A DNA stretch of 51,995 bases from NCBI GenBank assembly GCA_913050195.1, contig CAJXBJ010000004.1, positions 1 through 51,995 on the forward strand. Reading direction: 5' to 3'. This DNA comes from an uncultured Saprospirales bacterium. Lineage in GTDB: Bacteria; Bacteroidota; Bacteroidia; Chitinophagales; CAJXBJ01. Under the pieces are notes generated by a model. It saw only the letters and a list, made by a program, of their open reading frames with translations, was not told the DNA's origin and ran no database searches. Shown piece after piece: positions 1 to 9,888 of this stretch. The translations under genes and the position numbers were made by a program. Within the stretch, counting starts at the first letter, position 1. Every line of letters begins with the position of its first letter.

Positions 1-582
1 ATCCCTTCTTTTGCATACAGTTCTCCAACATTTTATTGGGAACACTTAGTTATGGATTTAAAACTAACCCCTTATGGTGTTGACTTTTTCTACAATAAGA
101 ATGGTTTAACTGTTGATTTCTTTGATAACTCTAATTTCTCTCCAACTAGTTGGAAGTGGGAGTTCAACGATGGAACTGGTAATCAAATGGGTGGTCAAAA
201 TGTAACATATACTTTCCCTCAGCCTGGATCATATAATGTTTGCTTAGAAGCTAATAATGGAAGTGACTATTATTCTGCTTGTCAAACTGTTAATGTTGAC
301 TTTGGCATTGGAATTAATGAAGTTGAAAACACATTAGAAGTTAAGGTTTACCCGAATCCAACAAGTAAAAACTTAAATATTAACCTTAATGCTTCAACAA
401 ATGACGCTTTAAGTATTACTTTATTTGATGTGCTTGGAAATGAAGTTTACAATAATGAAATACTTTCTACAAATCAATTCAACGGCACTATCAGCCTTGA
501 CGGTTTATCAAATGGATTGTATATTCTTAAAGTAAAACACGGTGAACAATTAATTAATCAAAACATCAATGTTATAAAATAA
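1..582 (+). CDS. PKD-domain protein with T9SS type A C-terminal sorting domain (5' truncated by window edge)
   Basis: Frame is open from base 1 (IPSFAYSSPTFYWEHLVM...). PKD signature (SWKWEFNDG, YTFPQPGSYNVCLEA) and CTD signature (KVYPNPT...GLSNGLYILKV). Confidence 0.85.
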   Translation: MPSFAYSSPTFYWEHLVMDLKLTPYGVDFFYNKNGLTVDFFDNSNFSPTSWKWEFNDGTGNQMGGQNVTYTFPQPGSYNVCLEANNGSDYYSACQTVNVDFGIGINEVENTLEVKVYPNPTSKNLNINLNASTNDALSITLFDVLGNEVYNNEILSTNQFNGTISLDGLSNGLYILKVKHGEQLINQNINVIK

Positions 583-606
583 AGTTGAATCTTTGATTAT
601 GCTTAG

Positions 607-640
607 AAAGGCTGTCTTTTAAAGGCAGCCTTTTTTATTT
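607..640 (+). terminator. Intrinsic (rho-independent) terminator
   Basis: AAAGGCTGTC(607-616)/GGCAGCCTTT(624-633) stem with one G-U pair, followed by a T-tract, 25 nt after the stop at 582. Confidence 0.8.
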
Positions 641-650
641 ATTGAAGCAC

Positions 651-1439
651 ATGAATTCTTTCCTAATAAATAAGTCCTATTTGTATTTAAAGCATAGACT
701 TAAATCAAAGTCAAGCCTTTACCTACACTCCCCTTTTGTCTTTCAATTCTATAATGAAGTAATAAAAGGAAAACCTTTAGAATCTGATATTAAAATCAAC
801 AATTACAAAAAAACTTTGCTACAAGATAATAAGTCTATTGAAATACAAGATTTTGGAGCAGGCTCTAAGGTTTTATCTAACTCCAATCGAAAAATTAAAG
901 ATATTGCCCGTCACAATTCAAAAGATATAAAGCAAGGAAGTTTTATGTCAAGGCTTGTGAGGTTTTTAAAACCAAACACTATACTTGAATATGGCACCTC
1001 TTTAGGAATTTCATCGCTGTATATGGCGTCGGCATTAAATTCGAATGCCCAGTTAATTAGTATGGAAGGGGATCCACAATTATCTAAAATTGCACAAAAC
1101 GGATGTGATCAATTTAATTTGAAAAATATTCAACTATTAAATGGAGAGTTTGATACATGTTTTCCAGAGGTTCTACAAAAAACCAATTCACTTGACTTAG
1201 TATACTTTGATGGCAATCATCTAAAAGAGCCAACACTCAAATATTTCAAAGACTGTATCAATTTAGCTAATGAAGATTCTGCTTTTGTTTTTGATGATAT
1301 ACGATGGACGGCCGATATGCTTTCTGCATGGAATATAATTAAGGCCCACCCAAAGGTGAGCCTTAGCATTGATTTATTTGATATGGGCATTATTTTCTTT
1401 CGACAACAAGCGAAAGAAAATTTCTGCTTTAATCTCTAA
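651..1439 (+). CDS. Class I SAM-dependent methyltransferase (Methyltransf_24-like)
   Basis: LEYGTSLGISS motif I, YFDGNH and VFDDIRW motifs. ATG at 651 preferred over TTG at 642. Confidence 0.85.
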   Translation: MNSFLINKSYLYLKHRLKSKSSLYLHSPFVFQFYNEVIKGKPLESDIKINNYKKTLLQDNKSIEIQDFGAGSKVLSNSNRKIKDIARHNSKDIKQGSFMSRLVRFLKPNTILEYGTSLGISSLYMASALNSNAQLISMEGDPQLSKIAQNGCDQFNLKNIQLLNGEFDTCFPEVLQKTNSLDLVYFDGNHLKEPTLKYFKDCINLANEDSAFVFDDIRWTADMLSAWNIIKAHPKVSLSIDLFDMGIIFFRQQAKENFCFNL

Positions 1440-1842
1440 CTTCAAATTTTTGAACATCCCCATTACTAGACCTAAGCCAAAGCTCTTTTGAACTAAGTTT
1501 TGTAATTGTCTCTGTGGAAGTAGCTAGACCTGAAATTGTTGTACTTAATTGAGTATCATCAACAAATTCCCATGTAAAATCTAAATCAACATTTCCTATA
1601 AATGAACTCACCGTCATTGTTCCAGTTCCATCATCATTAAAAGTTGTAAACTCATTTGCATCAGCAGCAGAATTTGTAGTGGTTTCTCCAGTACCAGCAT
1701 CATAATCTGAAACTAAAGCCCATTCTTGACATAAGCGCTTAGAATCTGAAAGAAAAGAAATGCTAGGTCCTTCTTCATACTTTTTACAAGAAACTCCAAA
1801 CATTATTACACCAAGGAATAAATAAGCCATTATTTTTTTCAT
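1429..1842 (-). CDS. Small lipoprotein, lipocalin-like domain
   Basis: Signal peptide MKKIMAYLFLGVIMFGVSC with lipobox. Lipocalin-like pattern (LCQEWALVS...TFNDDGT...ITKLSSKELWL). Start reassigned to ATG 1842. Confidence 0.7.
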   Translation of the reverse strand: MKKIMAYLFLGVIMFGVSCKKYEEGPSISFLSDSKRLCQEWALVSDYDAGTGETTTNSAADANEFTTFNDDGTGTMTVSSFIGNVDLDFTWEFVDDTQLSTTISGLATSTETITKLSSKELWLRSSNGDVQKFEVRD

Positions 1843-1882
1843 TTTTATCATATTTAAAGGTTTTAAGAAATTATTAAAAGTA

Positions 1883-3289
1883 TTACTCACTGTTCGATTC
1901 TCCTAATGCTTTTTCAGATTCAGCAATAATTGCACATACAGTAGCATCTCCAGTAACATTTACTGTTGTTCTGCACATATCTAAAAATCTATCTACGGGA
2001 AATATTATTGCTATCCACATGGGATTTAAGCCAACTGATTGTAGCACCATTATTAACATAACTAAACCTGCACTTGGAACTGCAGCAGATCCAATAGAAG
2101 CTAAAGTAGCTGTTAAAACTATGCTCAATTGCTGAATAATCGTCAAATCTATAAAATGAAGTTGAGCTAAAAATATTACCGCAATTGCCTGATATAAACT
2201 AGTGCCATCCATATTTACCGTTGCCCCTATTGGCAGTACAAAGCTGCTTATTCGTTTAGAAACACCAACTCTTTCCTCTACACAATGCATTGTCACTGGT
2301 AATGTTGCTGCACTTGAACTCGTTGAAAAAGCTAAAAATTGAGCTGGTGCCATTTTTCTAAAAAATGGCCTATAGAATAAATTTTTGTTTCCTATAAATC
2401 GAATGCAGAGTGGGTAAATCACAAAAGCCATCAAGGCTAAACCCATAACAACCGTTAAAGAATACCAAGCTAAACCTTTAAATATCTCTATTAGTTCTGA
2501 TATATTTTGAGCCATTTTAGCCATTACCCCAGCCATTAATGCGAAGACAAAAAATGGCGCAGCTTGCATAATCCAATCAATCATTTTTAAAAATGCAGCA
2601 TTTGCACCATCTACAAAACTTATAATAGGTTGAGCTACTTGCTTATCAATTGACAATAATGCCAAGCCAAATAATATTGAAAAAAATATAATTTGAAGCA
2701 TTGCCTTATTTGAACTTAGTGCTTTAAATATATTATCAGGGACCATGTCAACCAAAAACTGTAAAGGTCCATGCTGCTTAGTATCTTTTAAATCATCTAA
2801 TTTTGATATTGCCTTTGATTCTTCAATCTCTGCATTTTTTGGGATTAAATGGCCATATTTAGGTTTATTTAAAAAACGTTTTTCATCGGCATAATCAATA
2901 TTACCTTTTGAGCTTTGTACCCAAAGTTCATAGCTCATCCTATTTTGTATTCGTTTTTCTTCTTCTATTTGCTTTCCTGGTGCTATCATATTAACTAAAC
3001 AAAGGCCAACACTAACTGAAAAAATAGTTGTTAACAAATAGGCTGATAACGTTTTTAGCCCAAGCCTTCCTAAACCTCCTATATTCTTCATGCCACATAT
3101 TCCTGAGACAATTGAAAAAACAACTAATGGGATTGCGATAAATTTTAATGATTTAATGAAGATTTGACCGAAAGGATCTATCCAGTTTAAAGTGAATTTA
3201 TTCAAACCATAATTAGCACTTAACAAAGCCCAAATTATCCCAAGAACTAATCCAATTATTATTTTTAGGTATAAAGGTATTTTATTCAT
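1883..3289 (-). CDS. Dicarboxylate/amino acid:cation symporter (DAACS, GltP-like)
   Basis: AFSTSSSAATLP, GATVNMDGT and DRFLDMCRTTVNVTGD motifs; multiple TM helices. Confidence 0.93.
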   Translation of the reverse strand: MNKIPLYLKIIIGLVLGIIWALLSANYGLNKFTLNWIDPFGQIFIKSLKFIAIPLVVFSIVSGICGMKNIGGLGRLGLKTLSAYLLTTIFSVSVGLCLVNMIAPGKQIEEEKRIQNRMSYELWVQSSKGNIDYADEKRFLNKPKYGHLIPKNAEIEESKAISKLDDLKDTKQHGPLQFLVDMVPDNIFKALSSNKAMLQIIFFSILFGLALLSIDKQVAQPIISFVDGANAAFLKMIDWIMQAAPFFVFALMAGVMAKMAQNISELIEIFKGLAWYSLTVVMGLALMAFVIYPLCIRFIGNKNLFYRPFFRKMAPAQFLAFSTSSSAATLPVTMHCVEERVGVSKRISSFVLPIGATVNMDGTSLYQAIAVIFLAQLHFIDLTIIQQLSIVLTATLASIGSAAVPSAGLVMLIMVLQSVGLNPMWIAIIFPVDRFLDMCRTTVNVTGDATVCAIIAESEKALGESNSE

Positions 3290-3292
3290 GAT

Positions 3293-4570
3293 TTACACTT
3301 TATCTAAAAATGAAAAGATTGTTGAGTATACTTGATCTAGGATAGGCTCATCAATCGAATATGGAGGTAAAATATAGATAACATTACCAAGTGGTCGTAA
3401 TAAAACTCCCTGATCAATAAAATAATTATAAGCCTGATCTCTTATACTGTTGAAATAGGAAGTGTTCTCTTCAGAACGCAAATCAAAAGCCACAATAGTT
3501 CCCTGAATACGAATATTTTCTACACATGAATAAGATTGAAGTTTCTTAGCAAAATCTTGATGCTTGGCATTAATTTTTTCAATCTTATCAAAGGTGTTTT
3601 CTATTTCAAACAACTCTAAACTAGCAATTGAAGCAGCACAAGCTAAAGGATTACCAGTATATGAATGTCCATGAAAAAATGCTTTCATTTTATCATCTGA
3701 TAAAAAAGCTTCATAAATAGCTTCACTTGCCAAGGTCAAACCTAATGGCATAGAGCCTCCAGTTATACCTTTTGAAACGGTCATTACATCTGGCTGATTT
3801 CTCAAGTGCTGCGTAGCAAACATTTTACCTGTTCTACCAATACCAGTCATTACCTCATCCGCTATACACAACACCTCATTTTCTTTGCAGATATCCATAA
3901 GTTCATCTAATATCTCTGGTGAATACATTTTCATCCCACCTGCACCCATAACCAATGGTTCAAATATAAATGCTGCAACATCATTTCGCCTAGAAAGAAT
4001 TGCATTTAGAGCAGCTTTAGACTTTTCTTCATCACCGGGTACTGGTGCTGGTATAAACTCAACATCAAATAAAAGCGATTCGAAAGGGGCATTAAAGGGC
4101 CCTCTTCCACTTACAGACATTGCTCCAAAAGTATCTCCATGATAAGCATCTTCTAAGCCAATCAAACAGAGCTTGGGATTGGAGTGATTAAACCAATACT
4201 GCAAACACATTTTAATGCCCACTTCGACAGCTGTAGAACCATTATCTGAAAAAAATACACGCGCCATATTTTCTGGTGCAACAGATAATAACTTTTCTGA
4301 TAACTTAACTGCGGGCTCATGTGTGAATCCAGCAAATATGCTATGTTCAATTTTTAGATATTGATCATAGATAGCTTTTGCAATATAAGGATGTCCATGA
4401 CCATGTACATTTACCCACCATGAAGATACAGCGTCAATATAAACCTTATCCTTTTCGCCATATAGCATACAACCTTCTGCTTTTCTTATAGGCAATGAAA
4501 AAGGACTTAATTTCATTTGCGTAAAGGGGTGCCATACCACTTTAGCATCTCTTTCAACTAAATTTTCCAT
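3293..4570 (-). CDS. bioA: Adenosylmethionine-8-amino-7-oxononanoate aminotransferase
   Basis: VWHPFTQ, DAVSSWWVNVHGH, YHGDT, ADEVMTGIGRTG, SKGITGG and HGHSYTGNPLAC motifs; adjacent to bioD. Confidence 0.96.
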   Translation of the reverse strand: MENLVERDAKVVWHPFTQMKLSPFSLPIRKAEGCMLYGEKDKVYIDAVSSWWVNVHGHGHPYIAKAIYDQYLKIEHSIFAGFTHEPAVKLSEKLLSVAPENMARVFFSDNGSTAVEVGIKMCLQYWFNHSNPKLCLIGLEDAYHGDTFGAMSVSGRGPFNAPFESLLFDVEFIPAPVPGDEEKSKAALNAILSRRNDVAAFIFEPLVMGAGGMKMYSPEILDELMDICKENEVLCIADEVMTGIGRTGKMFATQHLRNQPDVMTVSKGITGGSMPLGLTLASEAIYEAFLSDDKMKAFFHGHSYTGNPLACAASIASLELFEIENTFDKIEKINAKHQDFAKKLQSYSCVENIRIQGTIVAFDLRSEENTSYFNSIRDQAYNYFIDQGVLLRPLGNVIYILPPYSIDEPILDQVYSTIFSFLDKV

Positions 4571-5184
4571 TCTAATAATTCTGACTTAAATATATCCGCG
4601 TATTTTTTTATTCTATTTGGGGTCCAATTTTTCTCAGTTTTTATCCTTCCAATTACAGGAGCCTTCGTCATTTTTAATATAATTCGCTCATTATCCCACT
4701 CATCATTGCCATTAAAGACTATTCCTTTAAAGGGTAATTCATAGTCCTGTATTGCCTTTAAGCTTAAAAGACTATGATTAATACTTCCCAGGTAATGACG
4801 TATAACTAAAACCAACGGAATATTAAGTGTTTTTATAAGGTCAATATACGTTTTAGACTGATTAATTGGTACCATTAGGCCTCCTGCTCCTTCAACTATG
4901 AGATTAGAACAATTTGGCATTTTAAGACGATTAAGAGCAATAGTGCTATTTTCCATTACAGACGCAATATGGGGAGATAAAGCTGCCTTGAATGAATATG
5001 TCTCAGGATGAAAGACTGTTTGCTTATTACTAACTAATGCTTGGACAACTTCTCTATCAACAATTTCTTCACTTCCTGTTTGAACAGGTTTCCAGTAATC
5101 TGCCTTCAATGCTTCGGTTAAAATTGCTGAAACTATAGTTTTACCAACATCAGTTCCTATACCACTAACAAAATACTTTGCCAT
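4558..5184 (-). CDS. bioD: Dethiobiotin synthase
   Basis: GIGTDVGKT P-loop, WKPVQTG, VEGAGG and LGSINH motifs. Confidence 0.96.
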   Translation of the reverse strand: MAKYFVSGIGTDVGKTIVSAILTEALKADYWKPVQTGSEEIVDREVVQALVSNKQTVFHPETYSFKAALSPHIASVMENSTIALNRLKMPNCSNLIVEGAGGLMVPINQSKTYIDLIKTLNIPLVLVIRHYLGSINHSLLSLKAIQDYELPFKGIVFNGNDEWDNERIILKMTKAPVIGRIKTEKNWTPNRIKKYADIFKSELLEWKI

Positions 5185-6821
5185 TATACTTTTTTCACCT
5201 CCTTTAAGATTAACAATTTACTAGGCGTAACTTTTAATCCTTCCACATTTTTATGAATAAAATTTATGATTTCATCATAATAGAGAGGAACAATAGGCGC
5301 TTCATCCAACATGACTCGTTCCATCTCTATATAAATAGATTTACGTTTTTCAAAGTCTGGACAATTAAGTGCTTTATTATACAATGAATCATATTTATCA
5401 CTCTTGAATCTAGTGTAATTAGGAGGAGCAGGATTATTCCCCCAAAAAACTGTCAAGAAAGTTTCTGGGTCTGGATAATCAGCAATCCATTGACCATAGA
5501 AAAAATACAACTTAGAGTCTGACATCCATTGCCTTAATGAACTAGTCTGTTCTTTTTGAATTTTAACATTAAATCCAGCAGATTTGAGTTGGCTTTGCAA
5601 TCCTTCACAAAGATCCATAGAAATATCTCCTGTATATAAAACTATCTCTGGAAGTCCCTTACCATTAGGATAGCCTGCTTTATTTAATAACTGCTGGGCT
5701 CTTAAAGGATCAAACTCATAGCCAAAAAAACGAGAGGTATCCCCTCCTAACATAACTGGAGGTATAAAACCTTTATTTGCTGCCTTGCCAATATTATTCC
5801 TCAAATATTTCATCAAAATATTACGATCAATGGCATAATTAATAGCTTTACGCACATTCTTATTTAAAAATGGATTTTTTGAATTTGGCACTCCCCTTAC
5901 ATCTTTTTTAATACCTGGGTCTACTAAAAACCCAAGATATTCTGTATTTAAATAAGGTATTACTTCCATCTTAAATGTGTCCTTCAAATTTTCCCTCAAC
6001 TTACCGTCTCTTGTAATTAAAAGATCCTTAATATTTGAATTAATACTTGTAAAATAATCGATATCTCCTTTTTTAAAGGCAAGATATTCCATTTGCTTTT
6101 CCTGAATAAAACTAACCTTAACTGCATCTAAATATGGAAGTGCATTACCCTCATTATCTACTTCAAAATAACGCTCATTTTTCCACAAAATAATTTTTTG
6201 ATCTTCTTCCCAGAATTTAAATTTAAAAGGTCCTGTTCCAACTGGATTAACCCTAAACTTTTCTCCAAAAGTCTCGACAGCCTCCTTAGGGACAACTGAG
6301 CAATATTGCATACTCAATATTCCTAAAAAAGGAGGAAATGGCTCTTGTAAATAAATAGTTAAGGTAGTGTCATTATCTGCTACAAATGGAGATTCATCAC
6401 GAACCCTATTATTGAAAATCCAAGCACCTGGCGAACCAACTTTGGAATCTAATATGCGCTCAAAGCTATAAACAAAATCCTGAGCATTAGCTATACGCGT
6501 GCTATTACCTCCAAAGACATGACTTTCATGATAAAGCACATCATCCCTTAAGTTAAAGGTATACTTTAAACCATCTTCACTAATGCTCCATGATTTAGCA
6601 ATACAAGGTTTAATTTTCATTTGCTCATCAAGCTGAACTAAACCATTATACACTTGATTGACAACCCACATATTTCCTTGATCCTTAGCAAATGCTGGAT
6701 CCAGGGATGAACAAGCTGTTTGATTATAGTTAAACACCATTTTATCGCCTTCATTACTTGATGAACAAGATAAAATCAGGCCAATAATAAAAAGATAGAA
6801 TAGTCTCGCTAAAACTTTCAT
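5184..6821 (-). CDS. ABC transporter substrate-binding lipoprotein, family 5 (OppA/DppA-like)
   Basis: Lipobox ILSC; SLDPAFA, YNGLV, AKSWSISEDGLKYTFNLR, PVGTGPF and WIADYPDP motifs. Confidence 0.92.
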   Translation of the reverse strand: MKVLARLFYLFIIGLILSCSSSNEGDKMVFNYNQTACSSLDPAFAKDQGNMWVVNQVYNGLVQLDEQMKIKPCIAKSWSISEDGLKYTFNLRDDVLYHESHVFGGNSTRIANAQDFVYSFERILDSKVGSPGAWIFNNRVRDESPFVADNDTTLTIYLQEPFPPFLGILSMQYCSVVPKEAVETFGEKFRVNPVGTGPFKFKFWEEDQKIILWKNERYFEVDNEGNALPYLDAVKVSFIQEKQMEYLAFKKGDIDYFTSINSNIKDLLITRDGKLRENLKDTFKMEVIPYLNTEYLGFLVDPGIKKDVRGVPNSKNPFLNKNVRKAINYAIDRNILMKYLRNNIGKAANKGFIPPVMLGGDTSRFFGYEFDPLRAQQLLNKAGYPNGKGLPEIVLYTGDISMDLCEGLQSQLKSAGFNVKIQKEQTSSLRQWMSDSKLYFFYGQWIADYPDPETFLTVFWGNNPAPPNYTRFKSDKYDSLYNKALNCPDFEKRKSIYIEMERVMLDEAPIVPLYYDEIINFIHKNVEGLKVTPSKLLILKEVKKV

Positions 6822-6890
6822 GCTGCTAGATAAATTTGAAGGGTAAAGGTATAACTATAATTGGATTATTTTAAGAGACTATATTGAGAG

Positions 6891-6948
6891 TTATCCACCC
6901 TAGGTTATACAGAAAAGTATACAGTATCTGTGAGGAAGTTGTTGATAA
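6891..6948. promoter_or_regulatory. Cluster of DnaA-box-like 9-mers
   Basis: TTATCCACC (6891-6899), TTATACAGA (6905-6913), TGTGAGGAA (6929-6937, rc TTCCTCACA) and TGTTGATAA (6940-6948, rc TTATCAACA), compared with consensus TTATCCACA. They lie upstream of the parAB operon. Confidence 0.35.
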
Positions 6949-7012
6949 TACATACTAAAGGCATAAGCCGAATATCGATTATCTGCTTAATTTTATACCT
7001 CAAACTTTTAAT

Positions 7013-7693
7013 ATGAAAATTCGCTTTTTAGGTCATGCATGTTTTGAAGTTGTTATAAAAGGTAAAAATATTCTTTTTGACCCTTTTATATCACCAAATG
7101 AAAAGGCTAAACATATTGATATTAATACCCTAAAGCCTGATTACATATTGATATCTCATGGTCATGAAGATCATGTTGCAGATGTCTTAAATATTGCTCA
7201 AAGTTGTAATGCCAAATTAGTATCAAATTTTGAAATAATATCTTGGTTTGGCAATAAAGGTCACGAAAATGGACACCCAATGAACCATGGAGGCAAATGG
7301 ACGTTTGACTTTGGTTCAGTTAAATATGTTAATGCAGTTCACTCTTCTGCATTGCCAGATGGATCTTATGGAGGAAACCCTGGTGGTTTTGTAATCACGT
7401 CCGATGAAGGGAATTTTTATTTCGCCGGTGATACGGCATTGACTTATGACATGAAATTAATTGGTAATACAACAAAATTAGATTTTGCTGTGTTACCTAT
7501 AGGCGATAATTTTACAATGGATGTAGATGACGCTATTATAGCCGCGGAATTTATCAAGTGTGATAATATTTTAGGAGTACATTATGATACGTTTGGGTTT
7601 ATTGAAATTAATAAATCAGAAGCAAAAGAAAAATTCAAAAAAGCAGGTAAAACACTGCATTTGTTAGAAATAGGTGAAACAACCGAATTATAG
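7013..7693 (+). CDS. Metal-dependent hydrolase, metallo-beta-lactamase fold (UPF0173-like)
   Basis: FLGHACF, SHGHEDH (HxHxDH), AVHSS, AGDT, LPIGDNFTM and VHYDTF motifs. Confidence 0.92.
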   Translation: MKIRFLGHACFEVVIKGKNILFDPFISPNEKAKHIDINTLKPDYILISHGHEDHVADVLNIAQSCNAKLVSNFEIISWFGNKGHENGHPMNHGGKWTFDFGSVKYVNAVHSSALPDGSYGGNPGGFVITSDEGNFYFAGDTALTYDMKLIGNTTKLDFAVLPIGDNFTMDVDDAIIAAEFIKCDNILGVHYDTFGFIEINKSEAKEKFKKAGKTLHLLEIGETTEL

Positions 7694-7696
7694 AAA

Positions 7697-8509
7697 ATGG
7701 GAAAAATAATTGCAATAGCAAATCAGAAAGGTGGTGTTGGCAAAACAACCACTGCAATTAACTTGGCAGCCAGCTTAGCTGTTCTTGAGCATAAAACATT
7801 ATTAATTGATGCAGACCCTCAAGCTAACGCAACTACTGGCGCTGGATTTGATCCAAAAATCGTAAAGGCTAGTGTTTATGATGCTTTGGTAAACGAACGT
7901 ACTAGCAAAGATTTACTTTTAGAAACACAAACACCTAATCTTTATTTATTACCATCAGACTTAGACCTAGTTGGTGCAGAAATAGAACTTATTAATCATC
8001 CAAATAGAGAAAAGATTTTAAAGAATAGTTTAGCCTCGCTAAAAGAGGAGTTTGATTATATTATTATTGATTGTTCTCCTTCATTAGGCTTAATTACTGT
8101 TAATGCATTAACTGCGGCAGATTCAGTAATTATTCCGATACAATGTGAATACTTTGCTCTAGAAGGTTTAGGAAAGCTTTTAAATACGATTAAGATTATC
8201 CAAAACCGATTAAATCCATCTTTAGCTATTGAAGGTCTATTATTAACAATGTATGATAGTAGACTCAGACTATCAAATCAAGTCGTAGAAGAAGTTCAAA
8301 AGCATTTTCAATTTTTAGTATTTGATACTATTATTCATAGAAATACAAGACTTGGTGAAGCTCCAAGCTTTGGCAAACCAATTCTAATGTATGATGCTTC
8401 TGCAAAAGGTTCTGTCAATTATTTAAATTTGGCCAGAGAGCTTTTACAAAAAAATGAAGATACTGCAATCAAGTATGCGGATAAAGTCATTGATATAGAC
8501 CATGAATAA
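7697..8509 (+). CDS. parA: Chromosome partitioning ATPase ParA/Soj
   Basis: NQKGGVGKTT deviant Walker A, DADPQAN, IDCSPSLG and PIQCEYFALEG motifs. Confidence 0.96.
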   Translation: MGKIIAIANQKGGVGKTTTAINLAASLAVLEHKTLLIDADPQANATTGAGFDPKIVKASVYDALVNERTSKDLLLETQTPNLYLLPSDLDLVGAEIELINHPNREKILKNSLASLKEEFDYIIIDCSPSLGLITVNALTAADSVIIPIQCEYFALEGLGKLLNTIKIIQNRLNPSLAIEGLLLTMYDSRLRLSNQVVEEVQKHFQFLVFDTIIHRNTRLGEAPSFGKPILMYDASAKGSVNYLNLARELLQKNEDTAIKYADKVIDIDHE

Positions 8510-9389
8510 GAAAAAAGTTCTAGGCAGAGGTCTATCAGCCTTATTAAAGGACTCTAATCAATTAAATGAAGGAGGCTCTGAAAACTCAAAAGGCATCACA
8601 CGCATTGATGAAATCAAGCTATCTAGTATAGAGGTAAATCCATTTCAGCCTAGAGTGGATTTTGATCAAGAAAAACTTAATGATTTATCGGCCTCAATTA
8701 AAGCACATGGTGTAATACAGCCAATAACAGTACGTGAGTTAGGTGATAACAAATACCAACTAATATCAGGAGAAAGGCGCTTAAGAGCCTCTAAAATGGC
8801 TGATAAAAATAGTATTCCAGCCTACATAAAAAGTGTAAATGACCAAGAATCATTAGAAATTGCGCTGATTGAGAATATCCAAAGAGAAGATTTAAATTCA
8901 ATTGAAATCGCTACAAACTATCAACGATTAATTGATGATTGTGATTTAACTCAGGATGCATTAAGTATGCGTGTTGGTAAAAAAAGAAGTACGGTTTCTA
9001 ATTATTTAAGGCTTTTAAAACTGCCAGCTGAAATACAAATGGCCTTGAAGGATCAAACAATTACTATGGGACATGCACGTGCTATGGTTAGTGTGGAAGA
9101 TCCATTACTGCAATTAAAGTTATACCGAAACATATTAAGTGATCAACTATCAGTTCGGCAGTTAGAAAAGTTAGTGAAAAATGCTGATTTAATTTCAGTA
9201 GAAAAACGCACAAAAACGACTAAACCAATTTTAAGTAGTGGACAACAACTTATTCAGGATAAATTAAGTGCCTACTTTAAAACGCGCGTTCAAGTTTTGC
9301 CAAAAAAAAGAGGCAAAGGAGAATTATCAATAAAGTATTTTTCTGAACAAGAACTTAAAAGGATTCTGTCCTTAATCTATAATGATTAG
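8502..9389 (+). CDS. parB: Chromosome partitioning protein ParB/Spo0J
   Basis: LGRGLSALL, NPFQPR, GERRLRA and ENIQREDL motifs, plus HTH (RSTVSNYLRLL). Confidence 0.96.
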   Translation: MNKKKVLGRGLSALLKDSNQLNEGGSENSKGITRIDEIKLSSIEVNPFQPRVDFDQEKLNDLSASIKAHGVIQPITVRELGDNKYQLISGERRLRASKMADKNSIPAYIKSVNDQESLEIALIENIQREDLNSIEIATNYQRLIDDCDLTQDALSMRVGKKRSTVSNYLRLLKLPAEIQMALKDQTITMGHARAMVSVEDPLLQLKLYRNILSDQLSVRQLEKLVKNADLISVEKRTKTTKPILSSGQQLIQDKLSAYFKTRVQVLPKKRGKGELSIKYFSEQELKRILSLIYND

Positions 9390-9888
9390 ATTAATTACTT
9401 TTACTTTTTTACTTTTTTCCTTTGAGATTATAGCTCAATCTAAGGCAGACAGCCTTAAAATCCCTTTAGCATCGAAGGCAACCAAAATGTCAGCTATATT
9501 GCCAGGTTTGGGACAGGTTTATAACAGACAAATATGGAAGGCCCCTATTATTTATGCCGGTATGGCTTCATTTATAGTATCTATTAGAAACAATCATAAA
9601 GCTTACATTGATTATAAATCGGCTTATCAATATGAAAGTGATGATGACCCAAGTACTGTAAACCCATACCCGCAATATGATAAAACAGGCTTAGCCCTTT
9701 TTAGAGATGCCTACAGACGGAATCTTGACCTTTCTGTTATTGGACTAACATTTGTTTATATTTTAAACATTGTTGATGCCAATGTAAGCGCTCACCTTTA
9801 TTACTTTAGATTGAATAAAAATCTTGAAATTAGCCTTAAACCAAGCTTAGAGCCTAGTAAACTACTTTGTTTAAAATTTCAGTTTTAG
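9382..9888 (+). CDS. DUF5683-family membrane protein
   Basis: SAILPGLGQVYN..WKAPIIY and LNIVDANVSAHL motifs; usual position after parB in Bacteroidota. Confidence 0.8.
   Translation: MIRLITFTFLLFSFEIIAQSKADSLKIPLASKATKMSAILPGLGQVYNRQIWKAPIIYAGMASFIVSIRNNHKAYIDYKSAYQYESDDDPSTVNPYPQYDKTGLALFRDAYRRNLDLSVIGLTFVYILNIVDANVSAHLYYFRLNKNLEISLKPSLEPSKLLCLKFQF

Noticed and set aside
3885-4350. Short alternative ORFs 3885-4142(+) and 4162-4350(-)
   Set aside because: Lie wholly within bioA (antisense or alternative frame) and have no recognisable motifs.
7697-9389. parAB as evidence of a plasmid, ICE or prophage; parS site
   Set aside because: Chromosomal-type ParA/ParB in the usual Bacteroidota context, with no rep, integrase or tra genes. 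I saw no TGTTTCACGTGAAACA-like parS by eye.
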